Shown: piece after piece, positions 12,930 through 26,184 of the stretch | Position numbering within the stretch: position 1 is the first letter of the stretch | Layout: each line of letters begins with the position of its first letter | From: Thalia democratica | Taxonomy: Eukaryota | Reading direction: 5' to 3' | NCBI GenBank assembly: GCA_965202585.1 | Contig: OZ241832.1 | Span: forward strand, 65,410,001 to 65,474,000 | DNA: 64,000 nucleotides | The notes under the pieces: generated by a model | The model's database searches: none | Told to the model about the DNA's origin: nothing | Seen by the model: the letters and a program-made list of their open reading frames with translations, nothing else | Program-made: the position numbers and the translations under genes

Positions 12930-13400
12930 TGAAAAACACTAAAAAAAAATCAACACTAAAATAGTTACACAATAAAACTGTAAATATTTACCTCAGTTGA
13001 ATAAAACACTTAAGGAAAGTTTACAGATAGATAGCATCTAAACTGTCAGGAAATATTTTGTATACTGAGTTTATTAGAGCTTGTTCTCCATCTTTCACAA
13101 ACGATAGTTTAGACAAATCAAATTCAGGAAATAACTTTGTGTTTGTATTTGTTTTAATGAAGTTGAAAAAATGATCATAGTCCTCTTTTATTTTTAAAGC
13201 ATTTTTATGTAGAAAACATGGATCTTAAAACACTGGATTAGAATTATTATCTCCCAAGATAACTTTGTTGTTTTTAAAATTCTTAGGAAGTGTGCTCCTA
13301 AGTTAAAAGTCCTGTCTACACTTCAACAGATCTAGATCTTTTGAACGTGTTATTATGTTCAGAAACTGATCTTCTGTAATAAGGACAAAAGAAGAAACGT
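12930..13400 (-). mobile_element. MULE transposase relic (paralog of 48319-48860)
   Basis: VDRTFNLG...FKNNKVILGDNNSNPVF..PCFLHKN, then FV(K)DGEQALINSVYKIFPDSL, MULE DDE core. Confidence 0.65.
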
Positions 13401-13499
13401 TATTATGTACATTATTAAATACCAGGTTATTAAATTTTACTATTTATTTACTATAACCAAATTTTTAACACTTATTATAATAAATGTAATATTTCCAAT

Positions 13500-15400
13500 G
13501 TTTCGTTTATGGCAGTATTGTTCACATTGCATAAATAAAAAATTGAAATAATATATTGTTGTTGTTCAGTTTGCTATTTAGTGTTGTATTGTGTGTTGCT
13601 ATACGTTTTTTTAGCTGATTGACACTTAGTCCAATGTATATTTTTGATGAATTGTCTATTTTTATTGTTGCCTGGTAAATTACATTTTCTGCCCTACATT
13701 CTCCTCCATACAGGGGGCATGTTTGTTTCTTTCTGCAGTTGTTCATTAACCAAAATAAGTACACATAACTTGTTTTTCTAAAAGCTGGTCAAAAATTTAG
13801 ATAATTATCCTAGTAACTTCGTTAACAGGTATGCAGATAGTGTTTTTTCTCAAGAATCTGCTCTTTGAAGTTGAAATATTCTAGTTTTTGTAGTGTCAGA
13901 CATCACAACTTTTTCAAGAAAAATCAACTGCTTTACTAGCAAAAAAAAAGAAACTATCTACAATTGCGAATAAACACTTTTTATTGTATCTTCAGCTTCA
14001 ATAAAAGATAACTTTTCTACATTAAAATATGTGCTACACTTTTTGAAGTGAGAGTTTTTCAAAGTAATTTTAAAGAAATGGCTTGTTTAAAGAAAATAGT
14101 TTTTGTACAGTTGGTGTTGCTTATTTGTAGTTTTATCACCAAGATTGTTTAATTTTGTTAGTTTAACATCAAATAACACATCTAACTTACTACAATCATC
14201 TTCATCATTTCCCATAATAATAACATAGCAAAAATTTTGTAACAATTTTTCTTGCTATTGCATATTTTTAAACTTTTGTCTTCAACCTGTCTAGTAATTT
14301 TACTGAGCTCATGTTTTATAAAACTTGTTCTAAATTTTTTTCAACATGTAAGGCTTTTTGCATTATAGTCTGGAAAAAGCCCACTGCCACGTCAAAATTT
14401 CCAGATAATTTTTTTTTCCAACTTTAGTTTTTACTGAATTGCTAAAAGGAGAGTTGTACCAGATTGCATTTCTTTTATGTTTTTGATAAGTTTTAGGTTG
14501 TTGCTGAGGTTTTTCAAATTTAATTTTATTATCCTAGCCGTATTTTTTCATTGTTGTTTCCAATTCATCTTTTATCTTAAAAAAATTCTTCTTCACTAGA
14601 TCGTCTGTTTAAGCGTCGTTTAATTATCTTTGGAATTTGTTTTCTGATATTTTTAGGATGGCTTGATTGTTTGTTAACAAACATAATTTTTGCGTTTTGC
14701 TTTTTATAAGGCATAGAAGAGATATCATTCAAGTTGAGCTTCACATCTTGGAAGTTAGTTATCACTAGTGGCAATTCCACAGTGACTCGTAACCCCATAG
14801 ATTTGGAGAAGGCATGAGTTGGATTTTTTAGCTTCTCAACTTTAAAGCTAGAAGAGTTATATAATACAGCTAGACCATCGCCTTTGTACATCCCAACTCT
14901 ATTTAAACCAACTATATCTTTTGTTTTATATTTAACCAAAGATGTTTTTTTATTTTTGTTCTATATTTGAGCGATCTTTTAAACTTTTTCTGAAGAGACT
15001 TGGTTGTTTGATCTTCTGTAAGGTGTTCAGTCAATGGAAGAGGTCCAAACTGAGTTTGAATTACTCCAACATGATAGAATATTTGTATCTTTCTTACATT
15101 TTGCAAAACTACTCTCAGTAGCATCAAAACTTTATGTTATAAAATTATCTGTTTTCATAATTGCCAACAAAATTTTCATTGCCTAACTTTTCTGGCAAAC
15201 CATGCTAATAGACTTATTAAGACTTTAAACTGGTTAGTTTTAAGAATTATTTTTGTAGTAGTTTTTAAAGAACTCATCAGATTTGCTCTCACTACGTTGA
15301 TTAGCAAATACGTTTTACAAAATAAAGCTGATATTTTCGTTACCTTGAAACTTGGAAAGTTTATTGATCCTGAGGTATAAAAAACCATATACAAGTACTC
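13500..15400 (-). mobile_element. Decayed Penelope-like element (RT ~14400-15400; GIY-YIG ~13522-13764), same superfamily as the intact-length copies
   Basis: GMYKGDGLAVL (degenerate YRDDGL), SSHPKNIRKQIPKII, and CRKKQTCPLYGGECRAENVIYQATIKIDNSSKIYIGLS. Multiple stops and frameshifts. Confidence 0.85.
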
Positions 15401-15429
15401 ATCCCATTTTATAGTTGTTTTTTGGCTGA

Positions 15430-15993
15430 TCGAGTTTAATGAGCATCGCTGAAGACATTCTCAGCAAACTTCCCAAGGACTTCGATTTGGAAGTTGCTTT
15501 ATTGAAATATCCAGTCATGTAAGAGGAGAGCATGAACACCGTTCTTGTGCAAGAAATGGATTGAACCAGTTTGTTGTTTTAATATATAAATTTGTGAGTT
15601 AATTGTAAAACATTGTTAAATCAATTAAGTTATTAACAATTTGTTGTTTATTATTATTGTTGTTAGTTAAAATTAATAGAAAATATTTACAAAACTCATT
15701 ATTGATTAATATTTGTTACCAGTCTGTTGTTGTTTGTAAAAAATGTTTTTAAATTATTGTTTTCAAGTATAATGTCACAACCTTTAATTCGAAAATGTAG
15801 TTTTTATTAGATAACCTTTAATTATTACCTTTTGTAAATGTTTTTAAATTGTTAACAGTTGGCTGAGAGTAATCCTGAGGAAGGCGATCAGAAGTTTGGT
15901 CGTCATGAATAGCGAGTTGGAAGCCCTGGCAAGCAGTCTCATAATAGGGAAAGTACCTGATGTGTGGATGAAGCGCTACTAACTTGAAACCTA
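15430..15993 (+). pseudogene. Two pseudo-exons of an axonemal dynein heavy chain (C-terminal region) with GT-AG intron 15569-15858
   Basis: [37 protein letters not shown] and LRKAIRSLVVMNSELEALASSLIIGKVPDVWMKR match the conserved dynein HC motif KYPV.Y.ESMNTVL.QE..RFN...KAIKG.VVMS.ELE...SL..GKVP..W. Contains a stop and deletions. Confidence 0.85.
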
Positions 15994-16087
15994 TGTGTAT
16001 TTATTTTAGTCGTATTAAATCTTTGAATATAAAACTAAGCACTTTGAATTGTTGTTTTGTTTTGCCCGAATAGGTATAAGGATCAGG

Positions 16088-16110
16088 TATATATATATAT
16101 ATATATATAT
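16088..16110. repeat. (TA)n microsatellite at the left edge of the near-identical duplicated block
   Basis: Direct reading; paralogous tracts at 51753-51769 and 51784-51801. Confidence 0.95.
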
Positions 16111-19100
16111 TAAAATCTTAAATAGTATTAAATATATTATATAAGATTTTAAAAAGAGGTTACTAATTGTCACTAAAAGTATGTAGAAAATTAAATCTAA
16201 AAATTGCACCAAGTATGTACAACAAATTGACCTTATAGAGTTGTTCAACATAAGTCTGCATCATTTAAGAAACAATATATTTCAACAGGCATGGTTCGGC
16301 CGTTATAAATATCATTTGAAAAAGTTAAGTTTTATCAGCTAGTCTACTGACTACAAATAAAATCTCAAAGTTGTAAAAACCAGCGCTTCATACTACCAAT
16401 TAGTTCAGTCTGAGTTTTTCTAGTTAGTCAAAATAAATTATATATTTTCATTAACATTCAAAGAGTAGATCATTCAATTAAATTGTCTCAATACCTAAAA
16501 CTACAGTTCCTTGACACAATGCTTATAAGTGTCAAGTCAGATACAATTTTTAAATACAAATTTTTCGTTATTGTAATAGGTTTTGCCCCTTTGCAGATAT
16601 TTAAAAACATGTTTGCCCCCATTTTAGCCATCGCCTGTTTAAAAGTCAGTTACCATTTTCGGTCATACTGATTAACACCCCTGATGGTAAAAAATCATTT
16701 TAAAGGGGCAATACTGCCTATTTTTTGAATCCCTGCAGTATTAAATTAATAAAGTAAAAAGAAGTGTAGAAAATAAAGAAATATTATTTAGAGATACATC
16801 TTAAAAAGCTTTAGATTAGTCTAAACACTACAAACTTAGTCTCAATTAATTACAAACTATAATACAAAAAAAAATTAAATCTGTACCTAGCGTATAAAGT
16901 TATGTTTCAAGCTAATAATATAATCAAACCGAAGATTTTTATGGATATTAGTTGCCTGTTGTAAATTTACAGATATTTAGGAACAAAGATATAAACTTAA
17001 GAAGCCTTTCCACTTATATTAGTATACGCATTGTTTTAATATTATATCTTAACATCCATGTATATTAGTATGATTTACGGCCTAATTAAAATCGATTACT
17101 TCAGAAAACTGTTGACTTGAGGCTTTTAAGATAAAATGAATGCCATTTAAAAGATTTGAAGGTTACAGAACAAGGTATTGCACATAAATTTACAGTTTAA
17201 AAATAATAAAAGTAGTGCTTTTTACTGGGTGATCATTAGTTTACTATTTTAAGGTTACAATAGTTCAGTCTCAGAACTTAAAAAAAAACATAATAATTAA
17301 CATAGCTAAATTGTGTACTGTTGTTTATAAAGACAATATAAATCTTTTTAGAATTTTTAATTAAACGTTTGTTATACTCTGTTTATCTTTAAATATTTAT
17401 CATGTTTGTAAGAAACTTATTATTTAAAATGTTTCAATGAAAATCGCTGAGCTTTTACTTAATTTATATTATACATGTTAAAAGCTTTTTTATCAAAAGT
17501 AAAATAATTACTTACTACAGTGACATTTTAAACAAAAATTTACTTTTCCAGACAATAATAGTAACTAATAAAAATAAACTCAAAACGAAAACTGTTTATA
17601 CAATATTTCAATAATTCTTTTAATTATTAATATTAATAATAATAACTTTTGAACATAATATAGAGTAGATCAAAAATATTTCCATATTCCAACGCTTATC
17701 AAATGCAAGCACATACATTAATTAAATGTACACAGAATTATGTTTGGAAAACTGAATAACATTAATGTATATCTTAAAAGTTATTTTAAGTATTTTTAGC
17801 CAAAACAGTCTATTATGTGTCATAAATAAAATTTAATACCTTAAAACTCTTACTTTAACGTTGAACAACGAACTCTATATAACTATTACAGTGTTATTTA
17901 AAAAAGAAATATTTAGAAGTTAGTGACTTTAGCTCTTTATTTATGACAATTTTGTTAAAGAAGCCAACCAAATACAACACTTTACTAGACATAGTGACAT
18001 TTCAATTTATATATCTTTTCAATTGATCTTGCTTATAACTTATTTTTTCTTGTTTAAAATCTATGCAAAGTTTTATTAACTTTAGGGTAAAATACTTTTT
18101 CTCAAATAAGTCATTTAAAAACGACTTATCTTGAAAATATGATCACAGACAGTACAACTTTTTGATTAATTAAACATTAAAACGATTCAAATAACTTTTG
18201 TAGAAATTAGAAACTATAAAGTATAACAAAAACTTGCTGCTTAGGTAAAAATTCTTAAAATATAACTTAATTAAAAATTTTTTGTTTCTTTATTTTTACT
18301 AAAACGAAACAAACTATGTTCAAAAATAATAAATTAACTATACATTGTATTTATGAACATCCTTAAGTGACGTAACAGACAAATACTAATGTTTATTATT
18401 TATATATTTACAAAGATGAAATAAATATGTAAAGTAAAAAAACTTAGTTCCCTTAAAGAATTCGCTTGAGCACTGAAAAAGTTTTTTTAGAAACAGAACA
18501 ATTTATCTTTATAGCTATTTTAGTTTATTTATTAGTTACTATATAAAATTCTTAAACGTAAATTGAAAAAACTAATTGTATAAATAAAAAAAATAATAAT
18601 AATGATATCCACATACCTATTGATTTGAAATATTTTTTTAATGTTATATATTTAGATTGATGAAGACTAAATCTACCTTCAGTAAAAATAAACATTACAT
18701 TTTTAAACAACGTCTACTTCTATTGTTTTACTTTCTATTTAAGTTTAATTAAATTAAATTTTAGAAATTAAAATTGTTTACATTTTTCAAATTTATTTTT
18801 GAAATCAGTAATTGTATCCAACAAACTAGAAGTTTAACTAAATAATTTTTTCTTTATTAAACTATTTTACGGTAATTTATTACTAGAACAGTTTTATTAA
18901 GGTTGTAAAAGAAAAATTGCTAGTATTTGCACAAAGTAAAAAAAAATCCTTTAACTTGTTCACTTGTTTAATAAAAACAACTTTAATGTTTCAATTGAAG
19001 TGAAATTAAATTTTCAGAAGAATATATGATCACGAACCATCACTTACAAACGCAACGATAAATACTTGGTTGATATTACTAAAGATTAAGTAATTTTATT

Positions 19101-21994
19101 TCCACTTTAACTTACATAGAAAATAATAAATTTCTACTACTGATTATAAGAATATTTAAACAAATTAAAAGTTTAAACATTTATATAAGGAATTTGCATT
19201 AGATTATTTTTTAAATTATTTTTGAACTATTTCAAAATACACATTATGGCAAATAAATTAAGTATTACATTCATTGTATTTTTGAACATCCTTTAGTGAC
19301 GTAATAAACAAACGGTAATGTTTATTGTTTGTATATATATATTAAAATAATATAGTTGTTGAATCAAGGTGCTCTTGTAGCTTCCTTTGAAGAATTTGCT
19401 TGAGCACTAAAAAAACCTTGAATAAAAACAATGACAATTTATATCTAATTATCGAGCATGATCACTTTATTGTTATCATTAAAACATTATTTAGTCTAAT
19501 ATGTAGACGAAATTATGATTATCGTTAGGGGTCTAGCATTGGTGCCTTCGGCATTTTTGTTCCTGACTGTCTGATTGATCTATCCCACCCACACCGCCCT
19601 AAACTTCTCAATTTAATTTATTTTTTTTTGTAAGCTAGTGTTTGTGGTTAAGTCACTAAAATTTATTTTTTGCTCAACATTTCTTCAGTTAAAAAGTTAA
19701 AAAATTAATTTAATGAAGTTGCATTATTTTGTTGATTCCTTGCAAACTTGTTTTTCAACAAACTTGTAGTGCATTGTAACTGAAATATTAAAAACTGAAT
19801 CTAAATATAAACTTTACCTGAATGCTTGCGTTTGTAAAAGACGTCAGAATAAAATACTTTTGTTGATGAGAGCTTTTCTTCAGTAATTTTTATTGAAATT
19901 TCATCAATCTTAAAACATCAAAAAAATTAGACACAATAGTGATTTAAAGCTATCACATTGGACCAGTAAAAAGTAGTTTTTGTTAATATTAAGCAAATAT
20001 GTACTTTTGTATAAAAGCAAGTATTTTTAAGCTTAGTTTCTGTATTTGTTAAACATTTTATAATTCATACTTATATATCATTCAAATCATTTTTATCAAA
20101 ATTAAGTAGTATCCATGAGAGTCTACTAATTGAAACTTAAACGCTTTAGTTTATTTAAAAAAAAAAAAGTGCATTTTACTTTATTTATTTAACCCTAACA
20201 TAAAATGTTTCGTTACTTAATTGGCTTAAAACGTGTGTATAAGACGTTATCATTAAAAAATAAGTTGTTCATTTATTATTTAAGTTGTTTTTGTATAATT
20301 TCATTAAAAATGTTTAACAAATACAGAAATAAACTTAGAAATACTTTTGAAGTATATAATACTAAATCTTAACAAAAAGTGTTTTTACTGGTTTAATCTA
20401 ATAACTTTGAATCACAGTAGTGACTAGTTCTGAATATGTTATGAGTTAAAATTAAAATGATGACAAAATATAAACTTTTTTTTATTTATAAGAAACTTTA
20501 TTAGTACTCAAGCAATTCTTTTTTGGAAACTTAAAGATTAACTTATGTTAATTTATAAGTACTTACAATTGTTGTTTTTTTAGGAGTTTATTATTGAAAA
20601 TGTTTCAACAAAAAACAGAAACTTAACTTAGAAAATAGTTGTTTTTATATAAAAATACGTTTTTACTAAATGTTAACTAAATGTATTTTTTACTGATTTA
20701 CTGCGATAACTTTGAATCACTGTAGTGTCAAATTCTTTTTATGTTATTAAGTTACTAAATCACAACGTTTTATTGTACTAAAATATAAATTTTAACCTAA
20801 AATTTAAGAAAACAAAAATACGTTAAAAAGCAGTATTATGTATATTTAAAACTTATTCAATAAAACTTAAGTTACAAAAAGTGTTTAAAAATCTACTATT
20901 TAGTTTCTATTATCTTTAATTAAAGTACATTATACTGATAGTAATCCTAAACTGGACAAAGAGCTAGTTACTCAAGTTTAACTAACTACATTTTATCTTA
21001 TTAAATTATGAGTAGTCCGAACATATTAAAGAAATGTTTAAGTTTTATTCACACATTGTTACAAATAATCTTCATTCGTAAATTATTCTTTACTAAATTT
21101 TATTAAACTTACTAATTTAATCCATGAAAATACTGTAAGTTAAACTTAGCTCTTTATGAAAAAAACTAAAGTTGTAGTTCTACTTTTTAAACAGTATATA
21201 CAAAATAGACAATGCAATAACCAAATATTTTATTCTCGTCAGTGGTAGATGGCAATAAAGGAAAAAATAAACTTCAACTTGTATAGTAATATTAGCAACC
21301 ATCATAGACAAATAATAATTACATACAAAGTTGATGACACAAAATTAATCAAAATACTTAGTATTATCAGAGTTAATTAAGTACAAACATATAAACACAA
21401 ACAAAAGCGCTGAATAGATAAAGCAACACCATAACCCTATTACTTTTGCCTACAAAGGGTAGGTTTTCTATTCCAAATATTTACAGCCTCCATTTTTACA
21501 CTTTTTTCGAAAAATGTGCACATCAGATTGCGAAATCTAAGTTATAACCAATAACAAGTTTAGATTTAGTATAAAGAGGAATAACATTAGAAATGGTATA
21601 TAATCAACGTAATTCTAATAACTAAGTTTTAACTTTAGCCAGCAAATAAAACTAGTTCTAGTTTTAGTCACTTTAAAACAACAGTTTTACTGTTTAGTTT
21701 TACTTTTATCAATAAACTAAACTAATTTTAAAAAAAACTTTTGGTTTTATTTAAATAAAAACATAATTTAACTGTTTAGTTTTAGTTTTACTCGACTAAT
21801 AAGAGAGGTTTTGGTATAAGTAACTACATGATTTAATTATTCAACACTGTAGTTTTATTTTTTTTATAAAATTACTATATCTGTTAGTTTTAGTTTTAAT
21901 CAGCTTACAATAGATGTTTTACAGTAAAGTTTTAGTTTTAGTGGCTTTATTACAGTGACTTAACTACGTTTTCAATTTAAACTTCAGTTTTATC

Positions 21995-23694
21995 TAGTGA
22001 TGTACCGGACTCACTATCCGGGTCCGGGTCCGGCCGGATATTGCCATTTTTGTCTGATATCCGGATCCGGCCGGATTCTAATTTGAAAAAAAAGTCCGGA
22101 TCCGGTTCCAGCCGGACTCTAATTTGAAAAAAAAGTCCGGATCCGGTTCCGGCCGGATTATAATTTGAAAAAAAAGTTCGGATCCGGGTCCGGCCGGATC
22201 CTAACAGAGATCCGGCCGGACCCGGATCTAGTTAGTAAAAAAGAGCATACTGAAAAGTATTTTTTCAAAAACAAACCCTGTGTAAATTAATAAGAGTCAT
22301 TTTCGTCAGTAGAAATTAAACACCTACCGTGATCGGCTCATTTTGGACACGTGACTAATTTACATTTGTTTACATTTAAACTATGAAAAAAAAAATTCAT
22401 GAAATAAAACTCTTTTTTTAATGTTGTAAAATTGAAAACTTTGGAATGAATACTTGCATTATTTATTGTTTAAAGTTGAGCTCAGAGAATATTTAGAGTT
22501 AAAACGGTTGAATGTACGAGCCAATGAGAATCATATGACAAAATGTTTCAAACTAAATACTGATGCAACAAAACATCAAAACATGACAGGCAGTTTATAT
22601 GTAAGCAGTTAGTTAGTTTGGTGTGTAGCTTGAAGCAACAAAATATCTTGAACGTTTTTGTGAATGCTTATTGTAAGTAGTGTTTTGTTTTAAAAATGAT
22701 ATTTCAACAGGTGTTTAAAAATTTAAGCCAGGTTTATAGTTTAATAGTTTATTAAAAATTTCACAGTTTGTTGTTTACTAAAAGTTTTATTTAATTTTTA
22801 GTTTTTTGTTTTAAGTCTTTTTATATAGATTTAAATAGCTTCCAGTTTTTAAAGTGTTACCTAAGTAATTAATAATTTTGTATATGCTAGTATTTCTTGA
22901 TGTGTTTTATATAAAAGATTCATCACTCAAAGCTGTCGTGTCTGATTATAGAAAGTAGTCTCAGTTAGAGTTTAGTATTTGTTAGATATTAATTAAATAA
23001 GGTAGGATTTAATTATGATGGGTAGTACTAATAAGTTAAGTGTACCACATTGTCAATACTACCAAATTGTCAACCTTTGCTAGCTGTTCTACTGATTATT
23101 AGATTAAAGTATTTTTTTCAGTTTTTAAAAACCTCATCCTGACTCAGGCTTGTTTATACTCACTCTAGCTAGTTTTATTGACTTAAACAGTGGAAACCCT
23201 GCTAGTTTGAAAATTTTTGAGAATTTTAGAAAATCTTGGACTGCCTCAGGCTAGTTTAATTTATATAAAAACTCTGATCCAGTTTTCAATATTTTGTAAT
23301 TTTCTAGTGTATTTTGTTCAAGAACTTGATTTCAAATTTTTAATTGTAAGTAACACCTAAATTTGTAAACCTTGTGGCTAGCTGTTCTACTTATTATTAG
23401 ATTAAAGTTCTTTTTTTTTAAGTTTTTTAAAACCTCATTCTGACTCAGGCTAGTTTATTCTAGTGATGTACCGGATTCACTATCCGGGTCCGGGTCCGGC
23501 CGGATATTTCAATTTTTGTCTGATATCCGGATCCGGCCGGATTCTAATTTGAAAAAAAAGTCCGGATCCGGTTCCGGCCGGACTCTAATTTGAAAAAAAA
23601 AGTCCGGGTCCGGTTCCGGCCGGATTCTAATTTGAAAAAAAAGTCCGGATCCGGGTCCGGCCGGACCCGAAATTGTGGGTCCGGTACATCACTA
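21995..23694. mobile_element. Non-autonomous hAT-type DNA transposon (1700 bp) with 15-bp TIRs and CCGG-rich ~41-bp subterminal repeats
   Basis: Starts TAGTGATGTACCGGA and ends TCCGGTACATCACTA. Flanks are gttttatc / gtttatc (8-bp TSD with one-T slip). The empty site gttttatc is at 57654-57661 in the paralog. A second left end begins at 23461. Confidence 0.9.
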
Positions 23695-23947
23695 GTTTAT
23701 CTGCTTAACATACTTTTAGTAACTCTATATTTAACTCATATTACTTAAATCAATTTTATAATTGTTATCAATTTACATCTATGGTTTAAATAAAGAGAAA
23801 ATTATAAGAGTTGAAATGAATTATAAAATCTTTTACAATGTTTATGAAAAAAACAGTAGTGCGACTTGTTTTGATAATATTGTGTGAGTAAAATACTTTA
23901 AAGAGCAAATTCTATCGCTAATCATTCAACCGTAACGTTGATTATTT

Positions 23948-26127
23948 TTCTCTCTTTATTGCTGACGTCACCACACAGTACATCCCTTCACAAATATTAT
24001 AAATAAAGATATCATATTTGAAATTACAATCTCAGAATGTGTAGGACTTGACACGTTATTTAAAGCCGCGAACATAAGCGGTATACATAAAATTATTTTA
24101 TTAGCTCCGACCGAACAAAACTCATTGTAAGGTTGTTGTTGTGTTTATTTTCTTGTTGGTTGTTTGTTAACAAGAAAAGTATTTAATCAATAAAATATAA
24201 CAAAGTTCATATAATTGTTACAGTTTGAACTAAAAGTCCTGTTTTTTATAACTTGTTCAACTACAGATTTTTAAAAATAAGAATATCGATTGGTATATAA
24301 ACAGTTTAAGATAATTGAAATAGTTATTAAACATCATGGATTTTTATAACTTAGAAATAAATACCATAAAACATATTTAAAATTAAAGTAGTTTTTAGGG
24401 TGACTATTTATTTCAAATTTTTACTAACGTAGTATAGTTTATATATTTAATATTGAAACAAATGTCTAACGATTTACACTTTAAAAGTAAAGATCTTAAT
24501 TAAAAATAAAACAAAAATTGTACGTTTTTAAAGATGAAAGTTTAGTAATTTTTGATAATTGTATTATATTTTTGTTTAATAAGGATCTTATAAAAGTTAT
24601 GTCAAAATTACTTAAGCTGTAAACATTTTTAATTTTTCTTGATAAATTATTAAATAACAATGTTCTGGACGATGACGCTAAGTAATGTATCGATAACCGA
24701 AAGGTTCCTTTGTACACCAGGCTTTAGAAACAAATGTTTTGAGCGCTTTGTCCTTCAATAAACAAATTAATATAAATTTTAGTAAAAAACATAAGATTTA
24801 ATGAACAAACCAAATAGTTTTTCTATTTGTTCTTTATAAAGTATGAAGAAAACTTGTAGAATACAAAGTTTAAATGCTACTGTGAAAATAGCTATATTGG
24901 ACAAACTTTCCGTCACCTAAAAACAAGAATAAAAGAGCATGTTGCAAAATGTATTTTATCGCAAATCAGTTACAAAAAAGATAAAAAGAGCGTAGCAGTC
25001 AAAAATGCGATGAAAAAATCAACTATAAGAACATTTAGTAAACTACACTTGCTGTGGAAAAAATTTTAATATAGTTAATTTTAATTTAAAAAAAAGTATT
25101 ATGCGACAATATTCAAACACTTTTAATTAATAAGACTACAAGCCATTCTTATACATTTAAACAATCCTAATTTATGTAAAAAGAAAAAAAATGATTACAC
25201 TTTAGCCTTATTTAGTTAAAAACAATTTTGTTTAATTTACAAATATATTATGTTGATTACGCTTTAATTTAGATAATTGATTAATTAATAAATTTTTGAA
25301 ATGTATTTTGTTTGTGTTTTATCTTAGTTTTTTATTTCAACTGTTTTTTCCTGACAAAAATTGATGAAATATATTGGAAAAGAAAAAAATTTAGTCTTTT
25401 TATTTAATCCGTAAAACATAAATTACTAAAATACTTAATTATTTAAAATTGAGTATTAGGTTTGGTATTTTAAAAGAGTTGTATTTTTGTGTAGTTTAGT
25501 TTTAGGCAACTGATCAAAAACATAAAAACTAATCGCAGAAAATGCTCATAACTAAAAAGAAAACAGTAAACTATATTTTCAAATAAATCCGCTATTCTTT
25601 AAAATCCATATATTTAGCAAACAGTTAAACAGTTTAATTATGCGAACAACCATCTTAAATCACTAGTTATACAGTTGAGTTTTACTTTAAGTCTAATAGT
25701 CAAAGTTATTTTTTGTTAAATTTAAGAAGTCTTATTTTTGCAAGACTGATTTTTTCAATATACAGTTAAATGATTATAAAAAGCCGTTTTAAATATTATA
25801 CTTTTATAAATTAAATATATCTAATGTGTTTACAGTTGAGTTTTACTTTTATTCAACTAAAAATAGTGTTCTGTTATTAAGTTTTAGTTATTTTTTTTTC
25901 CGAGGCTGGTTTTCAAAAGAATTAATGTTTTAAATTCTGAATTAAAACCGGTATGTTAACTTATTCTTAGTTTTTTTTTTCCAAAAGTTTCTAAAAAGTA
26001 TTTAATAAAACTTTTAGTATATGTTTTAAACTTAAATTTATTGTTTTCTTTTTAACAACTTATTAATTTGATTTCAATAATTTAAAAAAGGTTTTATGTG
26101 GATTTATATTTAGGTCTTATTTTTTTT
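23948..26127 (+). repeat. Left arm of ~2.2-kb inverted repeat flanking Penelope-like copy 1
   Basis: Reverse complement of 28705-30934, from ttctctctttattgctgacgtcacc to taggtcttatttttttt. Confidence 0.95.
24300..25219 (+). pseudogene. Decayed second Penelope-family ORF (RT C-terminus/thumb plus GIY-YIG) inside the arm
   Basis: FKCYCENSYIGQTFRHLKTRIKEHV at ~24870-24945, and LIRLQAILIHLNNPNLCKKKKNDYTLALFS* ending at 25219. The YIGQT.R.L..RI.EH endonuclease type differs from the YIGLS of the core element. Confidence 0.75.
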
Positions 26128-26184
26128 AATTATTGTTTTGGACACTTTCAATATAATAAAACAAATGTTTAAGCACTGCTTTGG

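Noticed and set aside
16280-16740. CAGGG-type ends suggesting hAT MITE pieces
   Set aside because: I could not pair TIRs or find a TSD.
22010-22230. ~41-bp repeats (also 23480-23670) as a CRISPR-like array
   Set aside because: The units are contiguous with no unique spacers and lie inside hAT TIRs. The context is eukaryotic with no cas genes.
24665-24705. ctggacgatgacgc...ccgaaag as a second hammerhead
   Set aside because: The core does not fit CUGANGA in register, there is no convincing stem I or II, and it falls within the decayed Penelope coding relic.
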